Source: a virus
Taxonomy: Duplodnaviria; Caudoviricetes
DNA: 41,431 nt
Direction: 5' to 3' (one strand)
IMG/VR virus record: IMGVR_UViG_3300033067_000158
Location: 1-41,431 of that record
Shown: piece by piece, positions 31,650 to 40,721 of the stretch
How positions within the stretch are numbered: position 1 is the stretch's first letter
Layout of the letters: each line of letters opens with the position of its first letter
Position numbers and translations under genes: made by a program
Notes under the pieces: generated by a model
Database searches by the model: none
Told to the model about the DNA's origin: nothing
Seen by the model: only the letters and a program-made list of their open reading frames with translations

Positions 31650-31763
31650 TCTTATCCTTTTTCATTGGTTTCTTTTTACTAACAAATTCATATTCTTCAC
31701 TGCGATACTTTTTCTTATATCGCGCTTTATTCGAATACTGTTCATCACGCTCACGATATTGCA

Positions 31764-32492
31764 TTATGAGATCTTCAATGTTTCCTTAGTAACGATATAG
31801 TCGCGAACAAAGTCTGAACGTACAATATCTGCCCATGTAAACTCTACTGATGTAAATGAGTTCATTGAGTTTACAATCTTTAAGAAGTTCAACACACCTT
31901 CTTTATCTGACTTCTTATCAAAGTCTGATTGGTAATAGTCACCACACATAATGAAACGTGCACGAGCACCAACACGAGTAATCACAGTATCTAATTCACG
32001 GAATACACAGTTCTGCATTTCATCAAGGATAATAACACAGTTGTTAAGTGTAGTACCACGGATGAATGATGTTGTTAAGAACTCAATTTGACCATTATCT
32101 TGTAAGCGTTGGAATGCTTGTTTATCATTGAACAGTTCATTACAAATTTCAATGTAAGGCAACATATACACTTCTTTCTTTTCCATCTCATCACCTGGCA
32201 AGAAACCAATGTCTCGAGTTGGAACGATTGAACGTACAATCACAACTTTCTTATAAGGACCTTTACCTTCAAGTACTTCACGCAATGCCAAGTACATAGC
32301 GACAAAGGTTTTACCTGTACCAGCTGAACCCGATAAAATCAAGTTCTTATCTTTATGATAGCCATGGAAAGCTTTTGATTGGTTATCTGTGAGTGGATCT
32401 ACTCGTTGTAGATGTTCAATCTTTAAACGTGGAAGTTTTGCAACTTCAACTTTAGGTGCTTCTGTTGAAGCGACTTTAGCTTTTGGTGCCAT
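31764..32492 (-). CDS. phoH: PhoH-like ATPase
   Basis: GSAGTGKT, IGFLPG, FIRGTT, LDEMQN, GDYYQSD, DIVRS. Confidence 0.95.
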   Translation of the reverse strand: MAPKAKVASTEAPKVEVAKLPRLKIEHLQRVDPLTDNQSKAFHGYHKDKNLILSGSAGTGKTFVAMYLALREVLEGKGPYKKVVIVRSIVPTRDIGFLPGDEMEKKEVYMLPYIEICNELFNDKQAFQRLQDNGQIEFLTTSFIRGTTLNNCVIILDEMQNCVFRELDTVITRVGARARFIMCGDYYQSDFDKKSDKEGVLNFLKIVNSMNSFTSVEFTWADIVRSDFVRDYIVTKETLKIS

Positions 32493-32740
32493 TACACTTT
32501 AATCGTATTGCTACGACCAGATCCTTTTTTGATTTGTTTCATTCGGTTATTAAACTCTGTGCCAGCACGTCGAGTAGTAGTCTTATAGTCAGAAATTAGA
32601 CCAGCTGTTTCCATTGTGCGATAGATTTCACCTTCACACTCTGGACACGGTTGAGCTACTGGCTCGTCTCTTTCCGACATTTTTAGAATCTTTTCGAAAT
32701 AGTGCTCGCACTTCTTGCACTTGTAACTGTACGTAGGCAT
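32492..32740 (-). CDS. FmdB-family zinc ribbon protein
   Basis: MPTYSYKCKKC...CPEC; AGGAG SD. Confidence 0.85.
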   Translation of the reverse strand: MPTYSYKCKKCEHYFEKILKMSERDEPVAQPCPECEGEIYRTMETAGLISDYKTTTRRAGTEFNNRMKQIKKGSGRSNTIKV

Positions 32741-33302
32741 CTTTCTCCTTAACACCTTTAATGAACCATTCAGGTGGTTCACGGTTAGTCCATTTAGCCA
32801 TATCGGCTTTTTTATCTATATAGTACTTACGATAAGACCCGACAACATCACCAGGAATCTTACATTCATCAGGCATTGCTGGTGTAGGATCTAACAATGT
32901 GCGAGTGCGGTGATCGTCAACAAAGTTTGGTGGTGTAGCCAATACTTCACGAAGTTTAGTATCAGTGAGGTGCACCTTACCATAGCGATAAGTATACTCG
33001 TCACATGTTGCTACAAAGAGGGCGTAAAGTCGTTTGTAATTGTGATAGTTGTCACGGGCCCAAACAGCGGAAGGATGATTGGCGTGAGTACAAGAATACA
33101 ACACACTATCCCGATGATCAGGAAGTTGCCATACTTTCTTTTTTCGACCAGAGTCAGAAAGTACGGTAGACTGAGTCCCGTCAAGAATACGATGAGCAGT
33201 TGAAAGTAGTTGAGCATATTCGAGAATCATTTTAACAACGTGCTTATCAAGGTGTGATTTAGCACATTCAACAGGATCAGGGTGTAGCCAAAAGATATTC
33301 AT
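32634..33302 (-). CDS. denV: pyrimidine dimer DNA glycosylase family protein
   Basis: MNIF, DKHVVKMILEYAQLLSTAH, HPSAVW, EYTYRYGKVH, AMPD, YRKYY. Confidence 0.85.
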   Translation of the reverse strand: MNIFWLHPDPVECAKSHLDKHVVKMILEYAQLLSTAHRILDGTQSTVLSDSGRKKKVWQLPDHRDSVLYSCTHANHPSAVWARDNYHNYKRLYALFVATCDEYTYRYGKVHLTDTKLREVLATPPNFVDDHRTRTLLDPTPAMPDECKIPGDVVGSYRKYYIDKKADMAKWTNREPPEWFIKGVKEKDAYVQLQVQEVRALFRKDSKNVGKRRASSSTVSRV

Positions 33303-33811
33303 AGTCGGTCGTTAGAGTATTCGTCGAGGAACCAACGGAGTTTGTCAACCGTTGAGCGATAGTCAGAATCTAGGTGTTGGAATGCAATTCCACCAGCTTC
33401 AACAAATGGTTTAGTGCAACCAATGTGATCATCAATTAAGATTGATGTTGATGTAGCATACTTAGACTTTTCAAGTTTATTTGAAACAAAGTTTGGCTTC
33501 CATGTAAAACCATGTGCATTCAACCAAAGAGTTTTTTGTCTTGCGACTTCAGGGTTGATAGTCTTATCAGACGTACCACATGATGTAAGCATTTCAATGT
33601 CAACCACAAAGTCTTGTTCGATTTTACGAATTTCTTCAAGGAAGTCTTGAGCATTAGGCATCCATTCAAGTGTCTCAAAGATTTTACCTTCAAGAATTGC
33701 ATGATGAAATAGTTTACGATCCCATGTATAACCAGGATTGTAAACACGAAATGCCTTTTCGAAGTTCGTAAAGACACCATCCATGTCGAGGTATAATTTA
33801 ATTTTTTCCAT
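33299..33811 (-). CDS. HAD-family 5'(3')-deoxyribonucleotidase-like
   Basis: LDMDGVF, ILIDD; apparently leaderless from promoter 33818-33847. Confidence 0.85.
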   Translation of the reverse strand: MEKIKLYLDMDGVFTNFEKAFRVYNPGYTWDRKLFHHAILEGKIFETLEWMPNAQDFLEEIRKIEQDFVVDIEMLTSCGTSDKTINPEVARQKTLWLNAHGFTWKPNFVSNKLEKSKYATSTSILIDDHIGCTKPFVEAGGIAFQHLDSDYRSTVDKLRWFLDEYSNDRL

Positions 33812-33817
33812 AGATCT

Positions 33818-33847
33818 ATTATATCACAGAAATAACCCCGCTGTACA
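33818..33847 (-). promoter_or_regulatory. phage early-type promoter
   Basis: TGTACA gcgggg...TATAAT, ATG 6 nt later. Confidence 0.7.
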
Positions 33848-33850
33848 GGC

Positions 33851-34009
33851 TTATTGCACAACATGGTAGGTTTGAAAAGGTGTAACAGTAGAAGCATATT
33901 CTTCAAACAGCATATCCTCACACATCACAATTTCATCAAGAGTGACATGTTCAACACCTATTTGACCCGCTAACACTGCTTGCATAATCAGCATACGGTC
34001 TTCATTCAT
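33851..34009 (-). CDS. small hypothetical protein
   Basis: Start MNEDRML. Confidence 0.55.
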   Translation of the reverse strand: MNEDRMLIMQAVLAGQIGVEHVTLDEIVMCEDMLFEEYASTVTPFQTYHVVQ

Positions 34010-34262
34010 TGTGTAATTTATCTTGTTCTGCTCGACGTTCTTGGATTGTCTTCTCACCAAACGCTTTGCGAGGGTTCATACACATAACACAATTAGAATC
34101 ACCACAAGTCATCAAGGATGTTTTATGATACTTGTGCGGATTCTTTAGAGCATGCTCGTGGTTATACTCTTTAGCAAGTCTCATCTTGCTTTCGAGTTTA
34201 GTTTCCTTTTGATGGATACGTTCACTATGCTTTAACTTCTCATCTTCATGTGTATTTGGCAT
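34002..34262 (-). CDS. small Zn-binding hypothetical protein
   Basis: CGDSNCVMCMNPRK..TIQE. Confidence 0.7.
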   Translation of the reverse strand: MPNTHEDEKLKHSERIHQKETKLESKMRLAKEYNHEHALKNPHKYHKTSLMTCGDSNCVMCMNPRKAFGEKTIQERRAEQDKLHNE

Positions 34263-34455
34263 TTCGTAGATCCCTACAAGCTTTTCTAATTTCATTTGGA
34301 ATTTCAGGATTAAATTCAGCAACACTACAATCAATCCTAATCATCTTTGGTTCTTTCTTTGACAGGTTATATGTAATAGAACATAATGCTATCAAAGAAA
34401 GAATTATCATTCCCATTCCGAGTTTGATATTAGTGTCACGTCTGGAAGTGTCCAT
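34246..34455 (-). CDS. small membrane-anchored protein
   Basis: TM plus DCSVAEFNP..KACR. Confidence 0.6.
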   Translation of the reverse strand: MDTSRRDTNIKLGMGMIILSLIALCSITYNLSKKEPKMIRIDCSVAEFNPEIPNEIRKACRDLRNAKYT

Positions 34456-35003
34456 CCTCTATCCTTAAATTTATCGAGGCGTTTAACAGAAACTTCATTT
34501 GAACCATTTACTACCAATTGGCGTTGCATGATTGACATGAATTCAGGCTTAGAAATAAACAATTGAGATTCACCAATATCGTAATATGGTTTACAATGAA
34601 TGAAGTCAAATGCTTTTTGTTGTTCTTCAAAAATAGACAATGTAATAAATTGCAAGTCATTAAACAGTGTGGTTGCATTAGCAGTTACTAACTTACCAGC
34701 AAGCAAAGTAGTTGAATACTTTGAATCGTTATCTTTAATAACGTTTTGGTTATGCTTCATTGCCATGAACTTTGTAAACTTATCCATGCCTTCATAAGTC
34801 TTGAAGTACAAATCAAAATCATTAGGGGTTTCACGTCTAATGCAAGATGAAATTGCACCACCAGAAAGAACACACTCTTCCATAATAATTCTATGCAAAT
34901 CAGCTCTGATGAGTGGATCCATAAACTTTTCAGTTAAAGCACGTTGAATTTTAACCTTAGCACTTTTAATGTGCTCAATTTCATCTGTAGTAAATGTATT
35001 CAT
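34407..35003 (-). CDS. Pol-beta-superfamily nucleotidyltransferase-like protein
   Basis: LSGGAISS, PNDFDLYF (DxD), FDFIHC, RLDKFKDRGW. Confidence 0.7.
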   Translation of the reverse strand: MNTFTTDEIEHIKSAKVKIQRALTEKFMDPLIRADLHRIIMEECVLSGGAISSCIRRETPNDFDLYFKTYEGMDKFTKFMAMKHNQNVIKDNDSKYSTTLLAGKLVTANATTLFNDLQFITLSIFEEQQKAFDFIHCKPYYDIGESQLFISKPEFMSIMQRQLVVNGSNEVSVKRLDKFKDRGWTLPDVTLISNSEWE

Positions 35004-35260
35004 TAAATCAAATCCGGTAAAATCGTACCATTCTTATCAATCTTACACCGTGGTACTTCGTGCCAATATGCCTTTACATTGCCTGCACCATATTCATCAT
35101 GCTCCCAAACTTGAACTTGAAGACTAACTCTTTCGATCTTTCCAGTATCATCAACATATTCTGCAACACGAAATTCATATGATAATGGTTTAACAAAAGG
35201 TGCAGTTTGTGGGGCTGGGCTTTGTACAGGTAAACTTATGTATTTTTGTGTTAGTTGCAT
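35003..35260 (-). CDS. hypothetical protein
   Basis: TAATG coupling. Confidence 0.6.
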   Translation of the reverse strand: MQLTQKYISLPVQSPAPQTAPFVKPLSYEFRVAEYVDDTGKIERVSLQVQVWEHDEYGAGNVKAYWHEVPRCKIDKNGTILPDLI

Positions 35261-35541
35261 TACAACCACATCCTACTTAATGCGATTCCATCAATGATGG
35301 CCAATAAAATGTAATTAGCCAACATCCCAAAGGAACGGCGACTATAAGCACACCCAGCGTATATAGCAGTACTACATACCCAAGGGATGTAAAGAAGTTT
35401 GAGAGGTGGATTTGGAACGGTGAGTGCCATAGTGAGAGCACAACCAATGCTAAGAATCCAAGCAAGGACCTCAAGACAAAAACGAAGTTTATGACTTTTG
35501 TAATCATCACCAATCCAATTAACTACCTTCTCTTTTATCAT
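35260..35541 (-). CDS. 3-TM membrane protein
   Basis: Hydrophobic 93 aa. Confidence 0.7.
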   Translation of the reverse strand: MIKEKVVNWIGDDYKSHKLRFCLEVLAWILSIGCALTMALTVPNPPLKLLYIPWVCSTAIYAGCAYSRRSFGMLANYILLAIIDGIALSRMWL

Positions 35542-36647
35542 AGAGCATCCCAGTGGAAGAACTTCTCAACAACCTTAGTCAACACCAACTTGCTATCACC
35601 TTGGATGAATGTATAGACACCATCCTTAGGTAACACTTGAGTCAAATCACCTGAACTAAAGAACACTGTAGTCCATTGATCATCTTCATCGTCACCAAGA
35701 AGAATATCAACTTCGCTTTCCTTAGTGTTCTTCTTAGGTGGATTTGGATTGAAGTCAAAGCGGATACGATCCGCTGTCATTGGGTTACCTTCCCAAGTCT
35801 TAGGGATGTGACCTGTTGTAATGTGGTTACCTTTATAAGTAAACAACACGGTGAACTTAACATCACTTGAGAATTCAGGTTTAGCGTTCAACATGCGCAT
35901 TGCATTTTGTGGAGCTTCGTCGTAACGATTCATTTCCTCAATGACTGCTTTCAACATATCAAAGTTGAATTGATCAAACAACATTGCAATGTCGCAGATC
36001 TTTGGAATATGTGTCTTGAGTTCTTGCTTCAAACTATCTTCACAATATTCACGAATGAACTCAGTACCCAAGCCTTTGAAGTCCAACATGTAGAAGATAC
36101 GACCTGGACGGTTACGCATGTGAGTATCAATGCGATACTTATCATTACATGTCAAGATGAACAATTTCTTAGTAGGGAATACACCATCCAACAAAGTCAA
36201 GATGTTTTCTTGTGTATCACGATCGTACACTTTCTCAAACTCATCAAACAAGATAACGCATGGTTGATCAATGTCTTGAATCAGTTTGTTGAAGTCATCA
36301 CCAACCCAAGGTTGATTGATAACGATTGTTGGAATGCTCCACTTATGAGCTGCATCAATAGACAATGTCTTGGCAAGCAATGATTTGCCTGAACCTTTTT
36401 CGCCATTCAATAGGACACCAGTGCTGTTATCACGAGACAAGAAGGTTGACATGATACGATCGCTATTGCGTTGAGTATCACCATACAACTTAGGAATCTG
36501 TTTAAAGCCTTCAATCATTTCCAAGTAGAAGTTCTTGAAAGCATCCTGCTTGACAATGTAATTACCCACAGGCAAGTGAGCATGCATGTCCAAAGCATTG
36601 TTATCAGCTACGCGAAAAGTGTTACCATTACGAAAAAAGTGTGACAT
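35538..36647 (-). CDS. AAA+ ATPase
   Basis: GEKGSGKS, ILFDEFEK, LTLLDG, NRPGRI. Confidence 0.92.
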   Translation of the reverse strand: MSHFFRNGNTFRVADNNALDMHAHLPVGNYIVKQDAFKNFYLEMIEGFKQIPKLYGDTQRNSDRIMSTFLSRDNSTGVLLNGEKGSGKSLLAKTLSIDAAHKWSIPTIVINQPWVGDDFNKLIQDIDQPCVILFDEFEKVYDRDTQENILTLLDGVFPTKKLFILTCNDKYRIDTHMRNRPGRIFYMLDFKGLGTEFIREYCEDSLKQELKTHIPKICDIAMLFDQFNFDMLKAVIEEMNRYDEAPQNAMRMLNAKPEFSSDVKFTVLFTYKGNHITTGHIPKTWEGNPMTADRIRFDFNPNPPKKNTKESEVDILLGDDEDDQWTTVFFSSGDLTQVLPKDGVYTFIQGDSKLVLTKVVEKFFHWDAL

Positions 36648-36684
36648 TGTATTTCCAAAATTAAAGCATTGTTTCTATACTACT

Positions 36685-36713
36685 ATTATAACACAAAATA
36701 GGCCCGTATTTCA
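36685..36713 (-). promoter_or_regulatory. promoter variant
   Basis: acgggcctattttgtgt TATAAT; spacer nearly identical to 39218-39246. Confidence 0.55.
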
Positions 36714-36726
36714 GGGCCTATTAAGT

Positions 36727-38166
36727 TTATTTGCGAGCGTTTGCTCGTACCTCGTCAAAGGTGTATTCTTTGCTTAGGTTACCATTCCAATAGACAGGAA
36801 CCAAAGCTTCTGTCCATCCACCGATACCTTTGTCTGACCAACCGGTTGGAGCAGTTACACCAGAGGCAAATTCACCACCAGAGTTAGTCCACAACTTGAC
36901 ACGACCAGCTTTAGACTTTTTACCACTATCAGTGATAGGATCTTTCTGTACATCAAACCAAGTTTCTACGTATCGTGTACCTTGATCACCATCTACAACA
37001 AGTTTAGTAGTACTCATTGCTGAACACTTCATTGCGAATCGTTGTGTATCACGGTCCACAATTTGAAGCAGAGCGCCGCCCATACCAAATGCAATGTTAT
37101 CAGCACTCCATCCCATTGCCATGAAGGCTCCGAGAATGCTACGAACAGTAAGTTCATTAATACCGTCACCTTGAATAAGACGAACATTGTTGAGTACTCG
37201 GAAACCTTTAGCGTTTGTAGTGTATCCAAACTTCTCTCCTAAGATTTGCACGAGTTTGACGTTAACTTCCACAGGATCACCAGAGTCGGGACGGATAACC
37301 ACTGTTGCACCAGAGGCGATAACCTCGTCCTTGAGTTCTTCACCCCAGAGTTTGCTTGCTGCGTTGAAGATGTCATATGAGTCGCTCACTACTGCCAAGA
37401 TAGAACCTTCACGGCCGAACTGCTTAAGCATATTACGGTATGCTTCTACTTCCTTCTCACGACCCCAACTGGTGACTGTGCTGTGCTCCATTGCAGGAAT
37501 TGAGAATCCTGCAACACCAGCGTTATAGTACTCAGAAGCGAAAAGCAAGCCAGAAATAGTATCAGTGCCCATAAAGTTGACCAAGTGGGCTGCGCCACCA
37601 ATTGCGGCAGACTCAAGAGAGCTAACACCACGAGCACCAAAGTCGTGTAACTTAAAATCGATACCAGCAGGGTCACCAGTCTTCTCCAAATAATCAGCAA
37701 TCACTTTCTTAATAGTCCATGATTGAGTTGCTACGGTTGTAGGATACCATACAGCTCGAAGCAATGCAGTCTCCAAATATGTTGTCAACCAGAAACACTT
37801 AGGGTCAGTGTTCTCAACAGTTACCAACACGTTGCTTACAGGAACCACCGTACCTTCTGGGACTGCTCGGATGACCAGAGGCAAGAAACCTTGGTGTGCA
37901 TCGAGGATGTATTGCCAACCTTCGCGGTTGAATGGTTCACCGTGGGTTTCAAGGATTGATGCTGCAACGTCAATGTCTCGTTGTGTGATAGGCTCCAATA
38001 AGTATTCTTTGATGAACGCTTGGAGACCGAAGAAGAGAGTTTGATCATACTTACCACCACGAGATTCAATATAAGAATAGACACCAGTAGTGCCGACTGG
38101 GTATTGTTTAAACATGCTAACTTTGTAGCTGTCGGTGTTCAACAAGAGGTTTTTAGCGAGTTTCAT
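36727..38166 (-). CDS. nadV: nicotinamide phosphoribosyltransferase
   Basis: TDSYK, LHDFGARG, SIPAMEHS, VVSDSYD, IRPDSGDP, IQGDG, FGMGGALLQ, KDPITD.GKKS. Confidence 0.95.
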   Translation of the reverse strand: MKLAKNLLLNTDSYKVSMFKQYPVGTTGVYSYIESRGGKYDQTLFFGLQAFIKEYLLEPITQRDIDVAASILETHGEPFNREGWQYILDAHQGFLPLVIRAVPEGTVVPVSNVLVTVENTDPKCFWLTTYLETALLRAVWYPTTVATQSWTIKKVIADYLEKTGDPAGIDFKLHDFGARGVSSLESAAIGGAAHLVNFMGTDTISGLLFASEYYNAGVAGFSIPAMEHSTVTSWGREKEVEAYRNMLKQFGREGSILAVVSDSYDIFNAASKLWGEELKDEVIASGATVVIRPDSGDPVEVNVKLVQILGEKFGYTTNAKGFRVLNNVRLIQGDGINELTVRSILGAFMAMGWSADNIAFGMGGALLQIVDRDTQRFAMKCSAMSTTKLVVDGDQGTRYVETWFDVQKDPITDSGKKSKAGRVKLWTNSGGEFASGVTAPTGWSDKGIGGWTEALVPVYWNGNLSKEYTFDEVRANARK

Positions 38167-38176
38167 AGTAAGCTCC

Positions 38177-39166
38177 TTACTTTAAAGTTACGAATGCAGG
38201 CATTGGCATAACACCTGTGATTTTTGAGATGATAGCTTTGTGATCGTCATATAGATCATAGCTATTCAATGCGTCGGTGAGTGGAACCCATTTGCATTCG
38301 GCTGCATCATCTGCGCCATTTGCTCGTGGTAGACTTCCATCTGGGTCAGGATTGACACGCATGTAGACCGCCAGAGTATTTCGTGGAATACCAAATGATC
38401 GACTAGGATCATCAAACAATTCTGTCTTTACGATAGAACCACGAAGAACTTTTTCAGGAACTCGAACATTAGTTTCTTCCATCAATTCACGGATAGCACA
38501 ATCAAGGAATGTTTCACGTTGATTGCGGAACCCGCCAGGAAGTGCCCATGTACCCATTCCTGGTGCAAACTTACGTTTGATCAAGAGGATGTGACCTTGA
38601 CATTCAAGGATAGCATCACCACAGTTGAAGTTCAATGTTTCAGGGAATGGGTAATTCTTAAACAATTCTTTTTCTTTGTTATAGAATACTCGATCCGCAC
38701 GAACAGTCATTGGCATATCTGAACAATCGTCTTCAAACATCTTAGCACGAATTGCTGTAGCATTGATGTTGTATTGTGATTCAATGTTCTTGAACTTCCA
38801 ATCAGGGAACCACTTGAGATAGTTGTTACCTTCTTTCATGTGTCCAAACAATGTTGGAACTTCATCAGTGAAGTGTTCAATGCTTGCTCGTACATCAGAC
38901 ATCCACTGAGTATCACTATATTGATAATCGTTCAAAGGAACAATCTCATAATTGAAGATACGTTGAGCATGCAACTTAGCCATCAACATAGCTTTACGCT
39001 CTTGGAACGTCCATGGATTCTTAATACTGCGACATTGATTTGCTGATCCCACAAAGATGTAGAGCTGAGCTACTTGGGATGCTGCGATTCCTAACGCATG
39101 TACATGTCCTTGGTGGACTGGTTGGAATCGACCGATGAAGATACCGGCTTTGATTTTCTCTGACAT
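38177..39166 (-). CDS. bifunctional NMN adenylyltransferase / Nudix hydrolase (NadM-Nudix, NatV-like)
   Basis: IGRFQPVHQGH, NPWT..ER, ALPGGF...RELMEET, ADDA. Confidence 0.93.
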   Translation of the reverse strand: MSEKIKAGIFIGRFQPVHQGHVHALGIAASQVAQLYIFVGSANQCRSIKNPWTFQERKAMLMAKLHAQRIFNYEIVPLNDYQYSDTQWMSDVRASIEHFTDEVPTLFGHMKEGNNYLKWFPDWKFKNIESQYNINATAIRAKMFEDDCSDMPMTVRADRVFYNKEKELFKNYPFPETLNFNCGDAILECQGHILLIKRKFAPGMGTWALPGGFRNQRETFLDCAIRELMEETNVRVPEKVLRGSIVKTELFDDPSRSFGIPRNTLAVYMRVNPDPDGSLPRANGADDAAECKWVPLTDALNSYDLYDDHKAIISKITGVMPMPAFVTLK

Positions 39167-39217
39167 TCTAAACTCCTTAGTTAGTCTTGATATATTCTAT
39201 ATATCATGCTTAGATTT

Positions 39218-39246
39218 ATTATACCACAAAATAGGCCCGCTGTACA
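39218..39246 (-). promoter_or_regulatory. promoter of the NAD salvage operon
   Basis: TGTACA gcggg...gtgg TATAAT. Confidence 0.75.
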
Positions 39247-39251
39247 GGGCT

Positions 39252-39770
39252 TTATGCATATTTTTTCAATAAATTTTCAACCTCCTCGTCTGTAGATTCT
39301 CCAAGATCTTTCTCATTCATATACTCAACGTAGTCGCCAAACTTTGCAAGCTTTCTACCCGCTGCGTCATTATCACATACACAAACAACCTTCCTGTTTA
39401 AACAGGTAAGCCAATTACGAAGGTCAAGTGTAGGATTATTGGACAATACAGCAAGCGCAGAGAAGCCCTTGGATGTCAATCTGGCAGCATCAAAGACACC
39501 TTCTGTAACGAACACTACATTAGGAGAAAGATGAAGTGACTCAACACCCCAAACAGAAAGTGTAGGTTGCTTCTTATAAGTGAAGTACTTACCTTCCTTA
39601 GGATTGTTGTTAGGCTTCTTTTCACCTAGTGGTCTATATTGCTGGTAACCTACAAGTTGACCTGACAAATTGTAGAGGTAGAATGTAGCAACGCCTTCAA
39701 CTTCATCAAGCATAGGCCTGTGAAGTTGAAGGTCGAGATGACGTGATTTGAGGTGTTCTACTAAATTCAT
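39252..39770 (-). CDS. stand-alone Toprim-domain (primase-like) protein
   Basis: VTEGVFDA, CDNDAAG; start at ATG 39770, 6 nt after TATAAT. Confidence 0.85.
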   Translation of the reverse strand: MNLVEHLKSRHLDLQLHRPMLDEVEGVATFYLYNLSGQLVGYQQYRPLGEKKPNNNPKEGKYFTYKKQPTLSVWGVESLHLSPNVVFVTEGVFDAARLTSKGFSALAVLSNNPTLDLRNWLTCLNRKVVCVCDNDAAGRKLAKFGDYVEYMNEKDLGESTDEEVENLLKKYA

Positions 39771-39776
39771 GATTAT

Positions 39777-39805
39777 ATTATACCACAAATTTAGTAGCTT
39801 GTACA
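39777..39805 (-). promoter_or_regulatory. phage early-type promoter
   Basis: TGTACA-17nt-TATAAT. Confidence 0.7.
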
Positions 39806-39826
39806 TATAGTACAAAAGGTTACAGT

Positions 39827-40342
39827 TTAATCGTGACTAAAGTCGTCCACATCAAAGCCTGTACGAGTGGCAATCACTTTAACGTGGTCACCAAACATTG
39901 CTAACATGACATCTTCCATTTCACTTGAACAGATTGCATCACTAAACAATTTGCATGATTCAGGATCGACGCCACCTTTAGACATAATCAACTCGCGCAT
40001 TTCTTTGTAATATTCTCTATCAGTGCTCAACACATGAGCGACATTCTCAGTTGCCCAGACGCCTTCGGTGTCGCCATCATAGTCTCCCCAACTAATATTG
40101 TCAAGTTCATCAATTGGAGCATTAGTGAATGTACAATCATTCACGCTAAATTCACATGTCTCACCATCATTAAAGTAAGGTGTATATTGTGTCCATACAA
40201 CACCAGTGATTCCTGGATTCTTCTCAAAGAATTCCTTAGTGATGCTCTTAAACAATTCTTGAGCACGTTCTTGGAATTGACGACGCAATTCTTCTTGGTC
40301 TTTGATCAGTTTGTTAAATTCAGTTTGCAGTGCGCTATCCAT
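39827..40342 (-). CDS. hypothetical protein
   Basis: WTQYTPYFNDGETCEF...FGDHVKV. Confidence 0.8.
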   Translation of the reverse strand: MDSALQTEFNKLIKDQEELRRQFQERAQELFKSITKEFFEKNPGITGVVWTQYTPYFNDGETCEFSVNDCTFTNAPIDELDNISWGDYDGDTEGVWATENVAHVLSTDREYYKEMRELIMSKGGVDPESCKLFSDAICSSEMEDVMLAMFGDHVKVIATRTGFDVDDFSHD

Positions 40343-40343
40343 A

Positions 40344-40718
40344 TTAGTCTTTCAGAGTTGCAATACGATTCAGGTTCAATGTAGTTACACGAGTGTAAGG
40401 TTCTTCCTTAACAGTAGTTTCCTTTTGTAACAATTCGTAATAGTTAGCGCGGTTACCCATCATGTTACGTTCACGTTCACCACTGTAATGGAACTTTGCA
40501 CCAGTGTCATTCCAATAACGAACATATTTTTTCTCTTGTACTTCTACTTTAGCACGGTGTTTGTAGTAACCTTTGCCTTCAACATAACCAATATACTTAC
40601 CTTTAGTGCAATACGTATTGCCCCATCCAGTTGTAACTACCATGACGGTGTCACCAACTTGAACTTCGTTACCTAATGCACCTTTGATAGGTGCTTGAAT
40701 GATAGTCGCTTTAGTCAT
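40344..40718 (-). CDS. hypothetical protein
   Basis: LGNEVQVGDTV, 124 aa. Confidence 0.7.
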   Translation of the reverse strand: MTKATIIQAPIKGALGNEVQVGDTVMVVTTGWGNTYCTKGKYIGYVEGKGYYKHRAKVEVQEKKYVRYWNDTGAKFHYSGERERNMMGNRANYYELLQKETTVKEEPYTRVTTLNLNRIATLKD

Positions 40719-40721
40719 AAT

